Virus record (IMG/VR): IMGVR_UViG_3300032770_000003
Coordinates: 32,001 to 96,000 of that record
Strand: one strand, 5' to 3'
Source: a virus
DNA: 64,000 bases
Part shown: in pieces, positions 18,601-27,369 of the stretch
Position numbering within the stretch: position 1 is the stretch's first letter
Layout of the letters: each line of letters begins with the position of its first letter
Translations under genes and position numbers: made by a program
Notes under the pieces: generated by a model
Told to the model about the DNA's origin: nothing
The model's input: the letters and a program-made list of their open reading frames with translations, nothing else
Databases searched by the model: none

Positions 18601-18822
18601 ACACGCACGGTCCCTAACCCAATCGAGACCACTGGTCTCGGTATCGACCGCGATCATCCTCTGCCGAGTCAGTCGCGTGTAGAAGGACCAGAATTGGTCC
18701 ATCGTCTGAACCAACCGGTACTGTGCTCCTTGCAAACCCGTCCACTGCGCCATCGCTGGCGCCGCGACCGGTATGTGTACCGGTGGTGGGGCTGGTAGAA
18801 GGGTGCTGAGTACCTGATCCAC
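15697..18822 (-). CDS. polA: family A DNA polymerase (3'-5' exonuclease + polymerase, no 5'-3' exonuclease), intein-containing
   Basis: DTETSGL, YACADV, TGRMSS.DPN, DYSQVELR, R..AK.VNFGIIYG, VHDEI. Confidence 0.95.
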   Translation of the reverse strand: MDQVLSTLLPAPPPVHIPVAAPAMAQWTGLQGAQYRLVQTMDQFWSFYTRLTRQRMIAVDTETSGLDWVRDRACGLVFGWGLENNYYLPIGHETTDPQLNLDDIREPLRKVIENPDVTKLFWNKVFDQHFLDRCGMTLKGPSHDGVILVHLLDENSDKGLKEVARLLIGKTADVWEKSVDSWRVDESKRRRREFSKLITDTLTARRVDLENEVTAQNPLWRYSGMTKAQVTNFLKKRVKAGLETHPYANAKKGDITYDKVPLSILAPYACADVHYTWMIWKQLFPDVAKHDALRSLYINEMHLSQVLYEVEQHGVKIDIAHLDRIEPEFIKAMEEAEADVYRDIGYRFNIESNEELLAALRKAGCPLNKLTKKGQEVAREGGEPTAAQFSVDKEVLEELAATYEFANKVLSFREKQKLLNTYVRKIRLLVDEHHYLHSTFNANVDTGRMSSRDPNCFTGDTEVLTPDGWRRLDDLPRGVPVAQWRDNAVEFVMPTEYIKHYRKEELVHVQNQQIDLLMTPDHRCFLVNRDGLGGFCSASEYPSNGTHHKQLHAGIYAGGSLRMSEQEVVLLAATQADGSYADRTLDFSFKKHRKIDRLEWALQGLGFSYSKRISLSGRVRIRVPAGECVEWVRSYLGDAKQLGSWLLSCDRPTLDLWCQELFFWDGCWRTRSQYASMHRRNVDWAQIVLCLSGYRAKIREYKTPRDTVCYVVDSTARNYSYTDNAVITRIAHDGFVYCLSVPSKVILTRHNGRVCVTGQCQNIPGKNLEIRRSFIVPDDDYVFVFADYSQVELRLTAHWSQDPTLLAAYSPTAPGWAGHELDIHSLTCADVVLQRPLPEVLAILKDKNHPENHDIKWFRNIAKRVNFGIIYGAGPGAIQRQVSTPKRRVSREACAEYIKGYFQRYRGVKAWVDHTELMLRRQGYIQNSFGRFRRLPNIHSNKKWERARAARQGGNFLIQGDAADTFKTAIVRVNRILKAHNARTRIVNFVHDEIQFYWHKKELPLLGEVKKAMEDFQFRVPIVVDFGFSRRDWAAKQELKL
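16546..17457 (-). mobile_element. intein in DNA polymerase (304 aa, degenerate LAGLIDADG, ends Gly-Gln)
   Basis: PN|CFTGDTEVLT...TPDH...QADGS...FWDGC...VCVTGQ|CQNIP; AT-richer than flanks. Confidence 0.9.
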
Positions 18823-18831
18823 AGAGCCTCC

Positions 18832-19128
18832 TTAGGAGGACTTCTGTGACCTCACGTTCCACGGAGCTTGAGCCCTCGGAGTCGCGCCGTACTGGCGAGC
18901 TAGGCGTTCAGGGTTCCGTCGAGCCTCACGAACGCTGTGCTCAAAAGACCGTCGCTGCAGACTCTCTGCATGACGAACTGGGTCATTGAGTTGCCCAATA
19001 TGGGCGGCACTGAGGGTGCGCTCAGCCGGTTGCCCACAGCTGGGGCAGGCTTCGCGCTCCACGCCCGAGGCTACCAGGGCCTCGAACGGATGGTCACAAA
19101 CCGAGCAGTGAAAATCGTAGAGGATCAC
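18832..19128 (-). CDS. FmdB-family zinc-ribbon protein
   Basis: LYDFHCSVCDHPFEAL...CPSCG...RTLSA. Confidence 0.75.
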   Translation of the reverse strand: MILYDFHCSVCDHPFEALVASGVEREACPSCGQPAERTLSAAHIGQLNDPVRHAESLQRRSFEHSVREARRNPERLARQYGATPRAQAPWNVRSQKSS

Positions 19129-19180
19129 CGAAGACTAGGGAACACTACCATGCTGAGACGAAAGGGAAACAGGGAAATTC

Positions 19181-20614
19181 TCAGACCCGCGTGACGGCTT
19201 TGGGTCGCCGTACCACTGGCCTGGGCTTAGGTTGAGCCGGAGTTAGTGGCGATGGTGGAGGTGCACCGGCGCTACCACTAGCTGTAGTGTTGGGCGGTGG
19301 CTCTCTTAGCAGATCTTGCAGAATCATCTTGTCGTAGGAGCTGCAAATATCGACTGTGAACTTGTCAGGGCCATTGCGATTCTTGACCCCAAAGAGACGC
19401 AAAACTCCTTTCTCGATCTCGTCCTTCGTCGCACAGAGCGCGATGATGACGTCCCCAATGAACGCTTTCTGGATCGAGTCAGCGATGTGCTCGACGTCGA
19501 TGACATCAGCCACGAGCCCCACCCGGTTCGACTGCGTCGCACTCCAGATCGGCAATTGCATCTCGCCTGCGAGCCCGCGTAGGTCCTTGAAGATCGCTCC
19601 CAGGTCGGCGTACACGTCCTGATAGTTGGTCAGCGGCTTGAGCAGGTCACCGTAGTCGACGATGATCAGGTCGGGACGCCAGCCGGTCGCATCCAGCTGC
19701 CGCAGATGCTGCTTGATCGTCATGATCGACGCAGTACCGGTGGGGTAGTGCTTAATCCGAAGCTGGTGCCCCCAGCGCTCCTGCATGAAGGCGGCCTTGC
19801 GCCTCACCTGTGCGGTGTGGTTGCCCAGCTCGTTGATCGGGACCCCGGTGAGAGCTGCATCGTAGCGTTCAGCGATGTCCCCTTCGTCCAGCTCCAACGT
19901 ATAGTGCGCTACGTTATAACCGTGGGTGACGGCAATCTTCCCGCAGTGAGAGAGCGCGATCGACTTGCCACGGCCCGTGCCGCCAAGCCAGAGACCGAGC
20001 TGGCCGTCTTTGAGCCCTCCCCCGATCTTGAGGTCCAGCTCGGTGATTCCTACCGGGATGGCACGCTTGTTCGTTCCCCCATTCTCGCGTCCCCTGATCC
20101 GCTCCTGCAGCGTCTGGAAGTAGTTCGTTCCTATGTCAAGGTGATTCATCCCGATCGCGGGGATCTGCGAAATTCGATTGACGATGTCGTCCCAGACCTC
20201 GTCATCGGCCGTCTCCATCAGCGGCGCAGTCTCCAGCCACACCTTCCGCCCCGCCTGGCGACGGCAAAAGCGGATGACCTCTTCGATCGTGTAGGGTGTG
20301 TTGGAGACCGGTTGCTGGAGCTTCTTGAGGACAAACTCGTAGTCCGCGAGATCGGTGTCTCGGACTGTCTTGGAGCGTACCGCCTTCCGCAGCTCGTTCG
20401 AGAGCACCGGATCGATCGTCGGGTGCGACTGGAATTGCTCGTAGAAGTTCTTGATCGTGCTGAAGAACCAAATCAAGATCTTGTCTTCGAAGTACTCCGG
20501 CTGGAACAGCTCGACGCCGGTCAGAAGAAAATCATGCCTGGCCAGCATGAGCGCCAGGATTCCGATCTGAAAGTCACGGTCGAAAGGAAACGAGACAACC
20601 GGCGCCGTGCTCAT
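19181..20614 (-). CDS. dnaB: DnaB/gp41-like replicative helicase
   Basis: GGTGRGKS, TLEL, IIVDYGDL, WSATQSNR, KNRNG. Confidence 0.92.
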   Translation of the reverse strand: MSTAPVVSFPFDRDFQIGILALMLARHDFLLTGVELFQPEYFEDKILIWFFSTIKNFYEQFQSHPTIDPVLSNELRKAVRSKTVRDTDLADYEFVLKKLQQPVSNTPYTIEEVIRFCRRQAGRKVWLETAPLMETADDEVWDDIVNRISQIPAIGMNHLDIGTNYFQTLQERIRGRENGGTNKRAIPVGITELDLKIGGGLKDGQLGLWLGGTGRGKSIALSHCGKIAVTHGYNVAHYTLELDEGDIAERYDAALTGVPINELGNHTAQVRRKAAFMQERWGHQLRIKHYPTGTASIMTIKQHLRQLDATGWRPDLIIVDYGDLLKPLTNYQDVYADLGAIFKDLRGLAGEMQLPIWSATQSNRVGLVADVIDVEHIADSIQKAFIGDVIIALCATKDEIEKGVLRLFGVKNRNGPDKFTVDICSSYDKMILQDLLREPPPNTTASGSAGAPPPSPLTPAQPKPRPVVRRPKAVTRV

Positions 20615-20844
20615 CTCGCCTTGGCAGCAACCAGCTTGTGGCCCTCTTCGACCGCTCGCCGGAGACCAGGGCTAAGCATTTTCAGGAACTCGATCGTCTC
20701 GATCGCTGCCATCAGCGAGTAGCGTTGCTCAGCCGTCAAATCCATCGTCTGGTGCATGTGGCGCAGGTGCCCCTGCACCTCGGACACCGACGGGCGAAAC
20801 TTTCCCATTGATGCTGTCACTCCGAGAGGAAGAGCAGCCAACAC
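20611..20844 (-). CDS. hypothetical protein
   Basis: 77-aa ORF coupled to helicase start (ATGA overlap). Confidence 0.55.
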   Translation of the reverse strand: MLAALPLGVTASMGKFRPSVSEVQGHLRHMHQTMDLTAEQRYSLMAAIETIEFLKMLSPGLRRAVEEGHKLVAAKAR

Positions 20845-20879
20845 TGCTCTCCCAAAATCATGAGGTCAAGAAGTGACGA

Positions 20880-21386
20880 TCAGCCGCAACCCTGATCTGT
20901 TGCGGTGACTTCATTCCATGTAAGGTAATTTACAATCTTGGAGATCGCCGTTTGCCCTACTCCAAACTCTGCAGCAAGCACAGACTGTAGAGCACCTTCC
21001 GTGAATCGACGACGGATCTCCTCAACAGCCTTTCTAGTCAGCTTGCTTTGTGGGTGTGCGTCCCCTCGATTGTAGTGACTGGCGTGGCGGTGCTTTCGCC
21101 ACATGTCGTACATGTTCAGACTGTAGTCTCCAAGAAAGAGATGCTCAGGACGAACACACGGAGGAGTATCGCAAGTATGTAACACCAACATCCCATCCGG
21201 AATCGCCCCAAAAAAGTACTCCCAAGAAACACGATGCGCTTGAAGATGCCGGGTCCTCCCAGCTTGCGTTATCGTGTAGTGGCCATAGCCTTTGCGAAGC
21301 TTCGCAGCAGACCACAACCAGCAGCCATCCGTAAACTTAACCTTGTCCCAAAACCGGGCAGATCCCACAGGTAATGAGCGCAACAT
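20880..21386 (-). CDS. free-standing HNH homing endonuclease with C-terminal HTH
   Basis: RFWDKV...CWLW...GYG...AHRVSW...VLHTCD.P.CV.PEHL.LG...N; SKLT...V.EIR...LA.EFGV; ATG overlaps RNR stop (TGATG). Confidence 0.9.
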   Translation of the reverse strand: MLRSLPVGSARFWDKVKFTDGCWLWSAAKLRKGYGHYTITQAGRTRHLQAHRVSWEYFFGAIPDGMLVLHTCDTPPCVRPEHLFLGDYSLNMYDMWRKHRHASHYNRGDAHPQSKLTRKAVEEIRRRFTEGALQSVLAAEFGVGQTAISKIVNYLTWNEVTATDQGCG

Positions 21387-24300
21387 CAACCACACCCTTG
21401 TGACCAACCACAGGTTCGGCAGGTAAGACAAGCACCGGCTCTCTGCGCAGGATTCCCACATTGACCACACACAAATCCGCTGGTCGGCTTGACCACCGCT
21501 TGCTCCTGTGTGTTGGCGATGATCTTCACCGCCGCTGCCAGCTCATCCACCTGCTCTTGGTTCAGCTGTGCTTCGCTGAACTCCGAACCCAGCCAGCGGA
21601 AGAGGTAGTCAAGCGGTGATTTGGCGAATCGTACGGCAGCGTACTCAGTCATGCCTGCTGGCTCGAAAGACGTGTACGAGAACTTGTCCACCAGCACCTC
21701 AAGCGGTACCCCGTACTGCAGGCACAGCGATGTCAGCACCCCGACGGCGTCCATCAGGCCCGAGACTGTCGAGCCCTCCTTGGACATCTTGATGAAGATC
21801 TCGCCTGGCTTGCCGTCGCTATAGAGCCCAACGTGGATGTACCCTTCGTGACCGCCGATACTGAACTTGTGCCGGTGAGACATCACATCGGCCGGCAGCT
21901 TCTTCCGCGTCTGCAGCGGTACCGGAGAGGTCTCGGAAGGCGCTGAAGCTGTCTTGCTCTGCAACGGCTGCGTGCGCTTGGAACCGTCACGGTACAGCGC
22001 CACCGCTTTGAGACCCTTGCGCCACGCCAGCTGGTACAGATCGCTGATCTGCTGCTCCGTCGCATCGTTCGGGATGTTGCACGTCTTCGAGATCGCACCC
22101 GACACGAACGGTTGCACGGCGCTCATCATGAGAATGTGCGCCTGAGGTCGCAAGAAGCGACCTCCGACTGGATCAGGAAAGCTGCTATCGAACACCGGCT
22201 GGTGCCGCACGTCCAGCCCCGGCGCACCTACGGTCGATCCGTGTTCGAGCACGTACTGCGAGATGCCCCCGACCGTTGTCTCATCGTACCCCAGACACCC
22301 AAGCGCACGGATGACCTGCTGGTTCGTCATCGTGAGAGTGCCACCCCCCACCAGTTTCTTGACTTTGATCAGCGACAGCTCCGGCTCGATGCCCGTGGTA
22401 TCGCAATCCATGAGAAAGGAAATCGTTCCCGCTGGCGCAAGAACACTGATCTGACCGTTCCGGTAGCCGTGCCTCGATCCCAGCGCCAAACAGCGAGCCC
22501 ACGCATCTGTGGCTGCATCCGCCAGGGACGCGATCGTGTCGTTGGGCCCGGTGATCGTGTCCTCGGCAAATGAGACCTTTGCTACAGCGTTCTGATGCAT
22601 GCGCATGACGCGCAGCATGTCAGATTCGTTGTAGGCATCGAAGGCGCCCTTGACTTCTGCGATCTCGGCGGAGCGTGCGTACCCACGTCCCGAGAGGATG
22701 GCGGTCACGTACGCGGCTTGGGCGCGAGCTTCGTTCGAGTCGTAGGCCAAGCCCTGGGCCATCAAGAAGGCGCCCAGGTTGCTGTAGCCGATGCCTAGCG
22801 TGCGGTGCCTGCTGCTGTTCGCCTGCATGAGCGGCGTGGGGTAACTGGCGCCGTCGACCAAGATCTCCTGCGCCGTGATCATCACGTCGATCACGTGCTC
22901 GAAGCTCTTGACGTCGACACTCCCATTGTCACGCAGGAACTTGAGCAGATTGATCGACGCCAGATTGCACGCCGTATCGTTCAGGTACATGTACTCGCTG
23001 TTCGAAACAATAGGAGCGTGTTCAAAACCAGGACAAGCAATCCCAAAATTATGAGTGGCCACAACCTCGATGTCATAGACAGACACCGGCATATCCAGTG
23101 ACAAAAACTCAACAGATGCGACCTTATCGTTTACATCAGCACGATGCGCTTCGATGAAGTCGGAGAACTCTGTCCAGCTCATCCCATGAATACGCCCCCC
23201 ATCACGTGAATGCGCGATTGGAATCGAACCAAGCAATCCATGATCCCTAACATGACTGTTCCAGCGCCACACAGTAACTGGTCCAGTGGACTCCAACGCC
23301 TCCCACGCCTCTACCAACACACAAGGTTCTACGCTAATGAAGCGTGGATTTCGGGCACCAGTTGAATGCTCTGATTGGTGGCTTCCGATGGTTGTTAATT
23401 CATAGTTCGAGAGACGATCATCTGTTGCGTCATTGTTTCGATGATGAACCTGCATCCCTTTTGGAATAGACCCATTCACTTGTTCCCACAGCCAACGGTT
23501 GAACCACTCAGTTCCGTTTGCTGAAGTCTCAGTTACGCGATGATTGATTGTCCTGCGATTGTTTCGCTGAACATTACGAGTAAAACTCAGCTTCATGAGC
23601 CGCATACCTGGCTTCAATCGCTGCGCTTCAACAGATGAACCATTGCGCAAATACCAATGATGCTCAGGTGTACACGTAAACTGTAAACCCCGCTCAGTCG
23701 TAACCTTAACTAGTGATGTAGTTTCACCAGCTTTCCAAGCTTTTTTGATTTGTTTCGCCACGGGTAGGCGTGTCTCGAAATCATAGGAGAGCGCCAAAGG
23801 CAACTTCTCCATGTCTGCAAGTTGACCAATCGGTATACGCCCTTCACTAGTCTCCACCAACGTCTCCCCTACAAAACAGCAAGGATTCGACGCCTCGATC
23901 CTGCCGTCAGTGGGGCAGGTGTGCCAGCGGTTGATGGTTGTGTCGAACTGCAGTCCTGGGTCACCGCAAACGTGAGCGGCTTTGCAGATCTCTTCCCAAA
24001 GCATGCGTGCTTTGACGGTTTCGAGCACCGCCGTCTTCCCATCACGAGCCATGAGGTTCCAGTCGGCGTCGCTTTCCACCCGTCGCATGAACTCGTCAGT
24101 AACGCGCACACTGTGATTCGCGTTTTGGAACGGCACTAGCTGATAAGCACCCCACCGCGCTCGGAAGTCGCCCTCGAAGCCAGCGTCGATGAGCGCATGA
24201 GCCGCTTTCTCACTCTGCGCCTTGCTGCGGATGAACTCCAGAATATCGCCGTGGTCGATATTCAGAATCGCCATCTTGGCCGCTCTTCGTGTCGTGCCAC

Positions 24301-25015
24301 CGCTCTTGATCGCGCCCGCGTTGAAATCGTCCTTGGCAATGAAGGGCACTGGACCCGATGCCATCCCACCACCAGAGAGACCTTCACGCGAGCTACGCAG
24401 CTTGGAGTAGTTGACCCCGGAGCCACTGCCACCTTTGTAGAGACGTCCTTCGATCTCCGCCAATTCCAAGATCGAGGTCATTGTGTCTTCGAGCCCAACT
24501 ATGAAGCACGCTGAACATTGCTCAGCACGAAGTGCACCACCCGATGTGCCTACGTTGAACCAGACCGGTGAGTTGAAGGCGGCTATCTGGTGCAGAAGGA
24601 TGTAGCTCAGCTCGTCTCGAAAAACTTCATGAGCCGCTTTCGCACCATTCGACTTGACGTCGGGGAAGTATCCCAGCTCCACCCCCCAGCGTGCGATCGT
24701 CCCAGCGACACGACTGATCATTTGCCGGACGCTGGTCTCACGAACCTTCGTGTCGAGAGACGGCACGTACCGGAAGTACTTCTCCGCGGTGACCATGGCG
24801 CAGTTCTGAGACCAGGTCGCGGGGAACTCCAGATTGTGGCCACGGAAGACCACCTCACCATTCGGCTTCGTGATCTCCACCGTTCGGTGTTCCCACTTCA
24901 CTGTGCTGTAGACATCAGCCTCCGGCGAAACGAACTGCGACAACACAGTCAGCATCAGCTGCTTTTGATCGACCGGAACACCAGCACTCGAAGTACCAAA
25001 GCCACGCAGCTCCAT
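21386..25015 (-). CDS. nrdJ: class II (adenosylcobalamin-dependent) ribonucleotide reductase with C-terminal TSCPD/Zn domain, intein-containing
   Basis: FNSPVWFN, QCSACFI, SGG.TRRAAKM, SNPC|SEY, ACNLASINL, APAGTISF, SGAISKT, YRDGSKRTQPL; start at MELRG. Confidence 0.95.
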   Translation of the reverse strand: MELRGFGTSSAGVPVDQKQLMLTVLSQFVSPEADVYSTVKWEHRTVEITKPNGEVVFRGHNLEFPATWSQNCAMVTAEKYFRYVPSLDTKVRETSVRQMISRVAGTIARWGVELGYFPDVKSNGAKAAHEVFRDELSYILLHQIAAFNSPVWFNVGTSGGALRAEQCSACFIVGLEDTMTSILELAEIEGRLYKGGSGSGVNYSKLRSSREGLSGGGMASGPVPFIAKDDFNAGAIKSGGTTRRAAKMAILNIDHGDILEFIRSKAQSEKAAHALIDAGFEGDFRARWGAYQLVPFQNANHSVRVTDEFMRRVESDADWNLMARDGKTAVLETVKARMLWEEICKAAHVCGDPGLQFDTTINRWHTCPTDGRIEASNPCCFVGETLVETSEGRIPIGQLADMEKLPLALSYDFETRLPVAKQIKKAWKAGETTSLVKVTTERGLQFTCTPEHHWYLRNGSSVEAQRLKPGMRLMKLSFTRNVQRNNRRTINHRVTETSANGTEWFNRWLWEQVNGSIPKGMQVHHRNNDATDDRLSNYELTTIGSHQSEHSTGARNPRFISVEPCVLVEAWEALESTGPVTVWRWNSHVRDHGLLGSIPIAHSRDGGRIHGMSWTEFSDFIEAHRADVNDKVASVEFLSLDMPVSVYDIEVVATHNFGIACPGFEHAPIVSNSEYMYLNDTACNLASINLLKFLRDNGSVDVKSFEHVIDVMITAQEILVDGASYPTPLMQANSSRHRTLGIGYSNLGAFLMAQGLAYDSNEARAQAAYVTAILSGRGYARSAEIAEVKGAFDAYNESDMLRVMRMHQNAVAKVSFAEDTITGPNDTIASLADAATDAWARCLALGSRHGYRNGQISVLAPAGTISFLMDCDTTGIEPELSLIKVKKLVGGGTLTMTNQQVIRALGCLGYDETTVGGISQYVLEHGSTVGAPGLDVRHQPVFDSSFPDPVGGRFLRPQAHILMMSAVQPFVSGAISKTCNIPNDATEQQISDLYQLAWRKGLKAVALYRDGSKRTQPLQSKTASAPSETSPVPLQTRKKLPADVMSHRHKFSIGGHEGYIHVGLYSDGKPGEIFIKMSKEGSTVSGLMDAVGVLTSLCLQYGVPLEVLVDKFSYTSFEPAGMTEYAAVRFAKSPLDYLFRWLGSEFSEAQLNQEQVDELAAAVKIIANTQEQAVVKPTSGFVCGQCGNPAQRAGACLTCRTCGWSQGCG
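23000..23878 (-). mobile_element. intein in RNR active-site loop (293 aa) carrying an HNH endonuclease
   Basis: NPC|CFVGETLV...CTPEH...VHHRNN...DDRLSN...VYDIEV..THNF...IVSN|SEY; AT-richer than flanks. Confidence 0.92.
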
Positions 25016-25028
25016 CAGAGTTCCCCTT

Positions 25029-26303
25029 TCAAAGCTCGTTCGCGTTCTTGAGGCGTTGATAAGTCTTGTTCTGGCGCAGCCACTTCGTATCGAAGTAGGC
25101 TTGTGCCTGATCACCCTTGGCGAAGATTCGGAGAATCTCCTCCTCCGACTTCTGGTGAACAGTCATCAGACGCTTGAGTGTGCGCTCGCTGAACGCGTAG
25201 CGAACAGCAAGAGACACCTCCGGCGCAGCACGGGTCTGCCCCACGATCGGTGCCTCAGGATCAACCGCCCCCGCTGCGATCTCAGCTTGGTAAGCGCGCA
25301 CGCGCTCGATCGCATTGAACCGACTTGGTGTCACGCCGATCAGCTCCCAGATGCGGGGCTCACGCAGAAACCAGCGATCGAACCAGAAAAACTGGGCGCG
25401 CACGAAGGTCTCACACGAGACCCCTAGCTCATCAGCCAGCTCTGCCGCTCTGAGAAAGCACGTGTACTGCTGATTCCCGGGTGAAAGGAGCACCGTCGAA
25501 TTCGGCACCTTCCAGCTGTTCCGGTACCAGCGCAGGTGTACGTTGTACGTCTGGGACATCGCATAGACCCGTGCACGGTCCGCGCTGTCAGCAAGCCGAA
25601 CGTTGCGCTGTACGGGCGCACGGGACGCACGTATCAGGTCTTCGATGGAAGCGCGCTGAAAGCTGGCACCATTTTCGCTACGCGCGCGTGCACGCGCGCG
25701 CGAGAGATCACGGTCAAGAAGACGTTGGGTCTCAGGGTCCGGGATGTTGGGGACCCTAGTCGCCAATCTCGCCGAGTGACCTTCGGCTCCGTTCGCTCTG
25801 CTGCCCTGCGGGCAGCTCCGCTCCGGATCCGAAGATGCGGTACCACGCATCATTTTAATTCCCGACGAAGGAGCGGCTAAAGTAGCATTTTCACTAGGAG
25901 CATTTTCACTTGACAGATCCTCGGTGACCCCCCCTATGGCTAACGTAGCACTATTATTGGGGTTATCACTGACCGTATGTGTTAAGGTAGCATTATCATT
26001 CGGGTTTTGTTCATTCACAGTTTTAGGATTCATAGCGTCATAGTACTGGTTGTTGACGCACTTTGTGCCGCTAGCAGTCAACTGAACCAGGGGACGTCCT
26101 TCGGGATCCTTCTCGCGCTCACGGAAGTACCCCAGGTAGAGTCCCCACTCCATCACCTGCACCACCTGTCGTGGGTGGCACTTGATGAGCCGGGCGATGT
26201 CGCTACAACCGAAGACCACCGCCGGGCCCCAACGTCTCAGGCCGAGAGTTTTGAAGAGTGACTCCAGGCGTACTTTCACAGGCGCAGGACATAGCTCAAG
26301 CAC
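25029..26303 (-). CDS. putative replication initiator (N-terminal winged HTH, low-complexity linker, RARAR motif, helical C-terminal domain)
   Basis: AGGAGG RBS before GTG at 26303; HTH-like SDIARLIKCHPRQV...; linker encoded by AT-rich direct repeats; lies between SF2 and DnaB helicases. Confidence 0.6.
   Translation of the reverse strand: MLELCPAPVKVRLESLFKTLGLRRWGPAVVFGCSDIARLIKCHPRQVVQVMEWGLYLGYFREREKDPEGRPLVQLTASGTKCVNNQYYDAMNPKTVNEQNPNDNATLTHTVSDNPNNSATLAIGGVTEDLSSENAPSENATLAAPSSGIKMMRGTASSDPERSCPQGSRANGAEGHSARLATRVPNIPDPETQRLLDRDLSRARARARSENGASFQRASIEDLIRASRAPVQRNVRLADSADRARVYAMSQTYNVHLRWYRNSWKVPNSTVLLSPGNQQYTCFLRAAELADELGVSCETFVRAQFFWFDRWFLREPRIWELIGVTPSRFNAIERVRAYQAEIAAGAVDPEAPIVGQTRAAPEVSLAVRYAFSERTLKRLMTVHQKSEEEILRIFAKGDQAQAYFDTKWLRQNKTYQRLKNANEL
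25882..26000. repeat. four 14-bp iteron-like direct repeats inside the initiator gene
   Basis: GTAGCATTTTCACT (25882), GGAGCATTTTCACT (25897), GTAGCACTATTATT (25945), GTAGCATTATCATT (25987). Confidence 0.7.
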
Positions 26304-26437
26304 AAGGTGCCTCCTAGCTAAGCACATGAAACTACAGGGTTATCCACCGCTGAGTAGCTTCCCGAGAGATCCACCATACAGACCCCTCGTGACAAGAGTC
26401 AACGCTGTGAAACATCTCCGTGACTCTTCAGGGTTTT

Positions 26438-26908
26438 TTAGGCTGAGAGGGACCGCAGTTTCAGAATCGCCTGGTAGGCGTCGCTCACTTCGCGGAAGCG
26501 CTCCGCGGAGCCGCCAGCGTCGGGATGATGGATCTGGGCCAAGGCTTTGTAGGCTGCCCGAACCACCTCGATGGGCGCGTCTTCGAGCACGTGGAGCTTG
26601 AGATACGGGCTCTCTGCGAGCACCGAGGTACCGTTCTCCCCCGACAGCTGCGCTCCCGCTGCGCGGAGCTGCCACGTCGTCGGCAGACTGGCGTAATCGA
26701 TGCTGTAGCCGTACGAGCGCGCGAGGTGGACCAGCCAGCCCAGCCAGGTGTAGTGAACCAGCCAGATTTGTGTGGTGTTGTCGTACTGGCGGTAGCCGAG
26801 CTTCACGCCGTAGCGGACGGCGGCCATGAGACGCCCGCCAAGCCCCCAGATCTCCACCCAGCATGGTTCACGCTGCTTCAACGTGAGCCGCAGCGATTCT
26901 TCGCTCAA
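26438..26908 (-). CDS. J-domain (DnaJ-like) co-chaperone
   Basis: C-terminal PY..L.V...A...VVRAAYKALAQIHHPDAGGSAERFREVSDAY with intact HPD. Confidence 0.9.
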   Translation of the reverse strand: MSEESLRLTLKQREPCWVEIWGLGGRLMAAVRYGVKLGYRQYDNTTQIWLVHYTWLGWLVHLARSYGYSIDYASLPTTWQLRAAGAQLSGENGTSVLAESPYLKLHVLEDAPIEVVRAAYKALAQIHHPDAGGSAERFREVSDAYQAILKLRSLSA

Positions 26909-27366
26909 AAACGCACCCTGATGAGCCTGGCGAAGCCTGGCGCCGCTCCACCAGGAACGCCCACACCAGGCAGCCCGAACGCCTGAGCCCCGGGCCGGCG
27001 GATGGCATCTGGACCGCCGCTGATCGGGACGGGGCGGGGTTCTTTCGCGGGCGTGATGTACTTCTGGACTACACCTATGTCTTTGTAGTACACCGTCGCT
27101 GCGTAGAGCGTTCGGTTCGCCCGCGTGGGGTGCCCGACCTGCAAGCTGAGCGTTCCTGTCGAGGGATCGTTCGCGGTCACGAACGCGTGGAAGGTGACCC
27201 GACCGAACGGCGGCGTCGCACGGGCCACGGAGGTTCGCTGAAGCCGTGGCTGTTGGCCCTTGGGTGAAGGTACCGGCATGAGATGATGCCCAGCCTTCAT
27301 CGCCAGCCGGAGGACATCTCCTGGCTGGATCTTCGAGATGTGAACCGGAGCGTCGAGATCGCTCAC
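26905..27366 (-). CDS. hypothetical protein
   Basis: 153-aa ORF coupled to neighbours. Confidence 0.65.
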   Translation of the reverse strand: MSDLDAPVHISKIQPGDVLRLAMKAGHHLMPVPSPKGQQPRLQRTSVARATPPFGRVTFHAFVTANDPSTGTLSLQVGHPTRANRTLYAATVYYKDIGVVQKYITPAKEPRPVPISGGPDAIRRPGAQAFGLPGVGVPGGAAPGFARLIRVRF

Positions 27367-27369
27367 CGG

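Noticed and set aside
26340-26348. DnaA box-like TTATCCACC upstream of the initiator
   Set aside because: Single 8/9 match, expected by chance in 64 kb.
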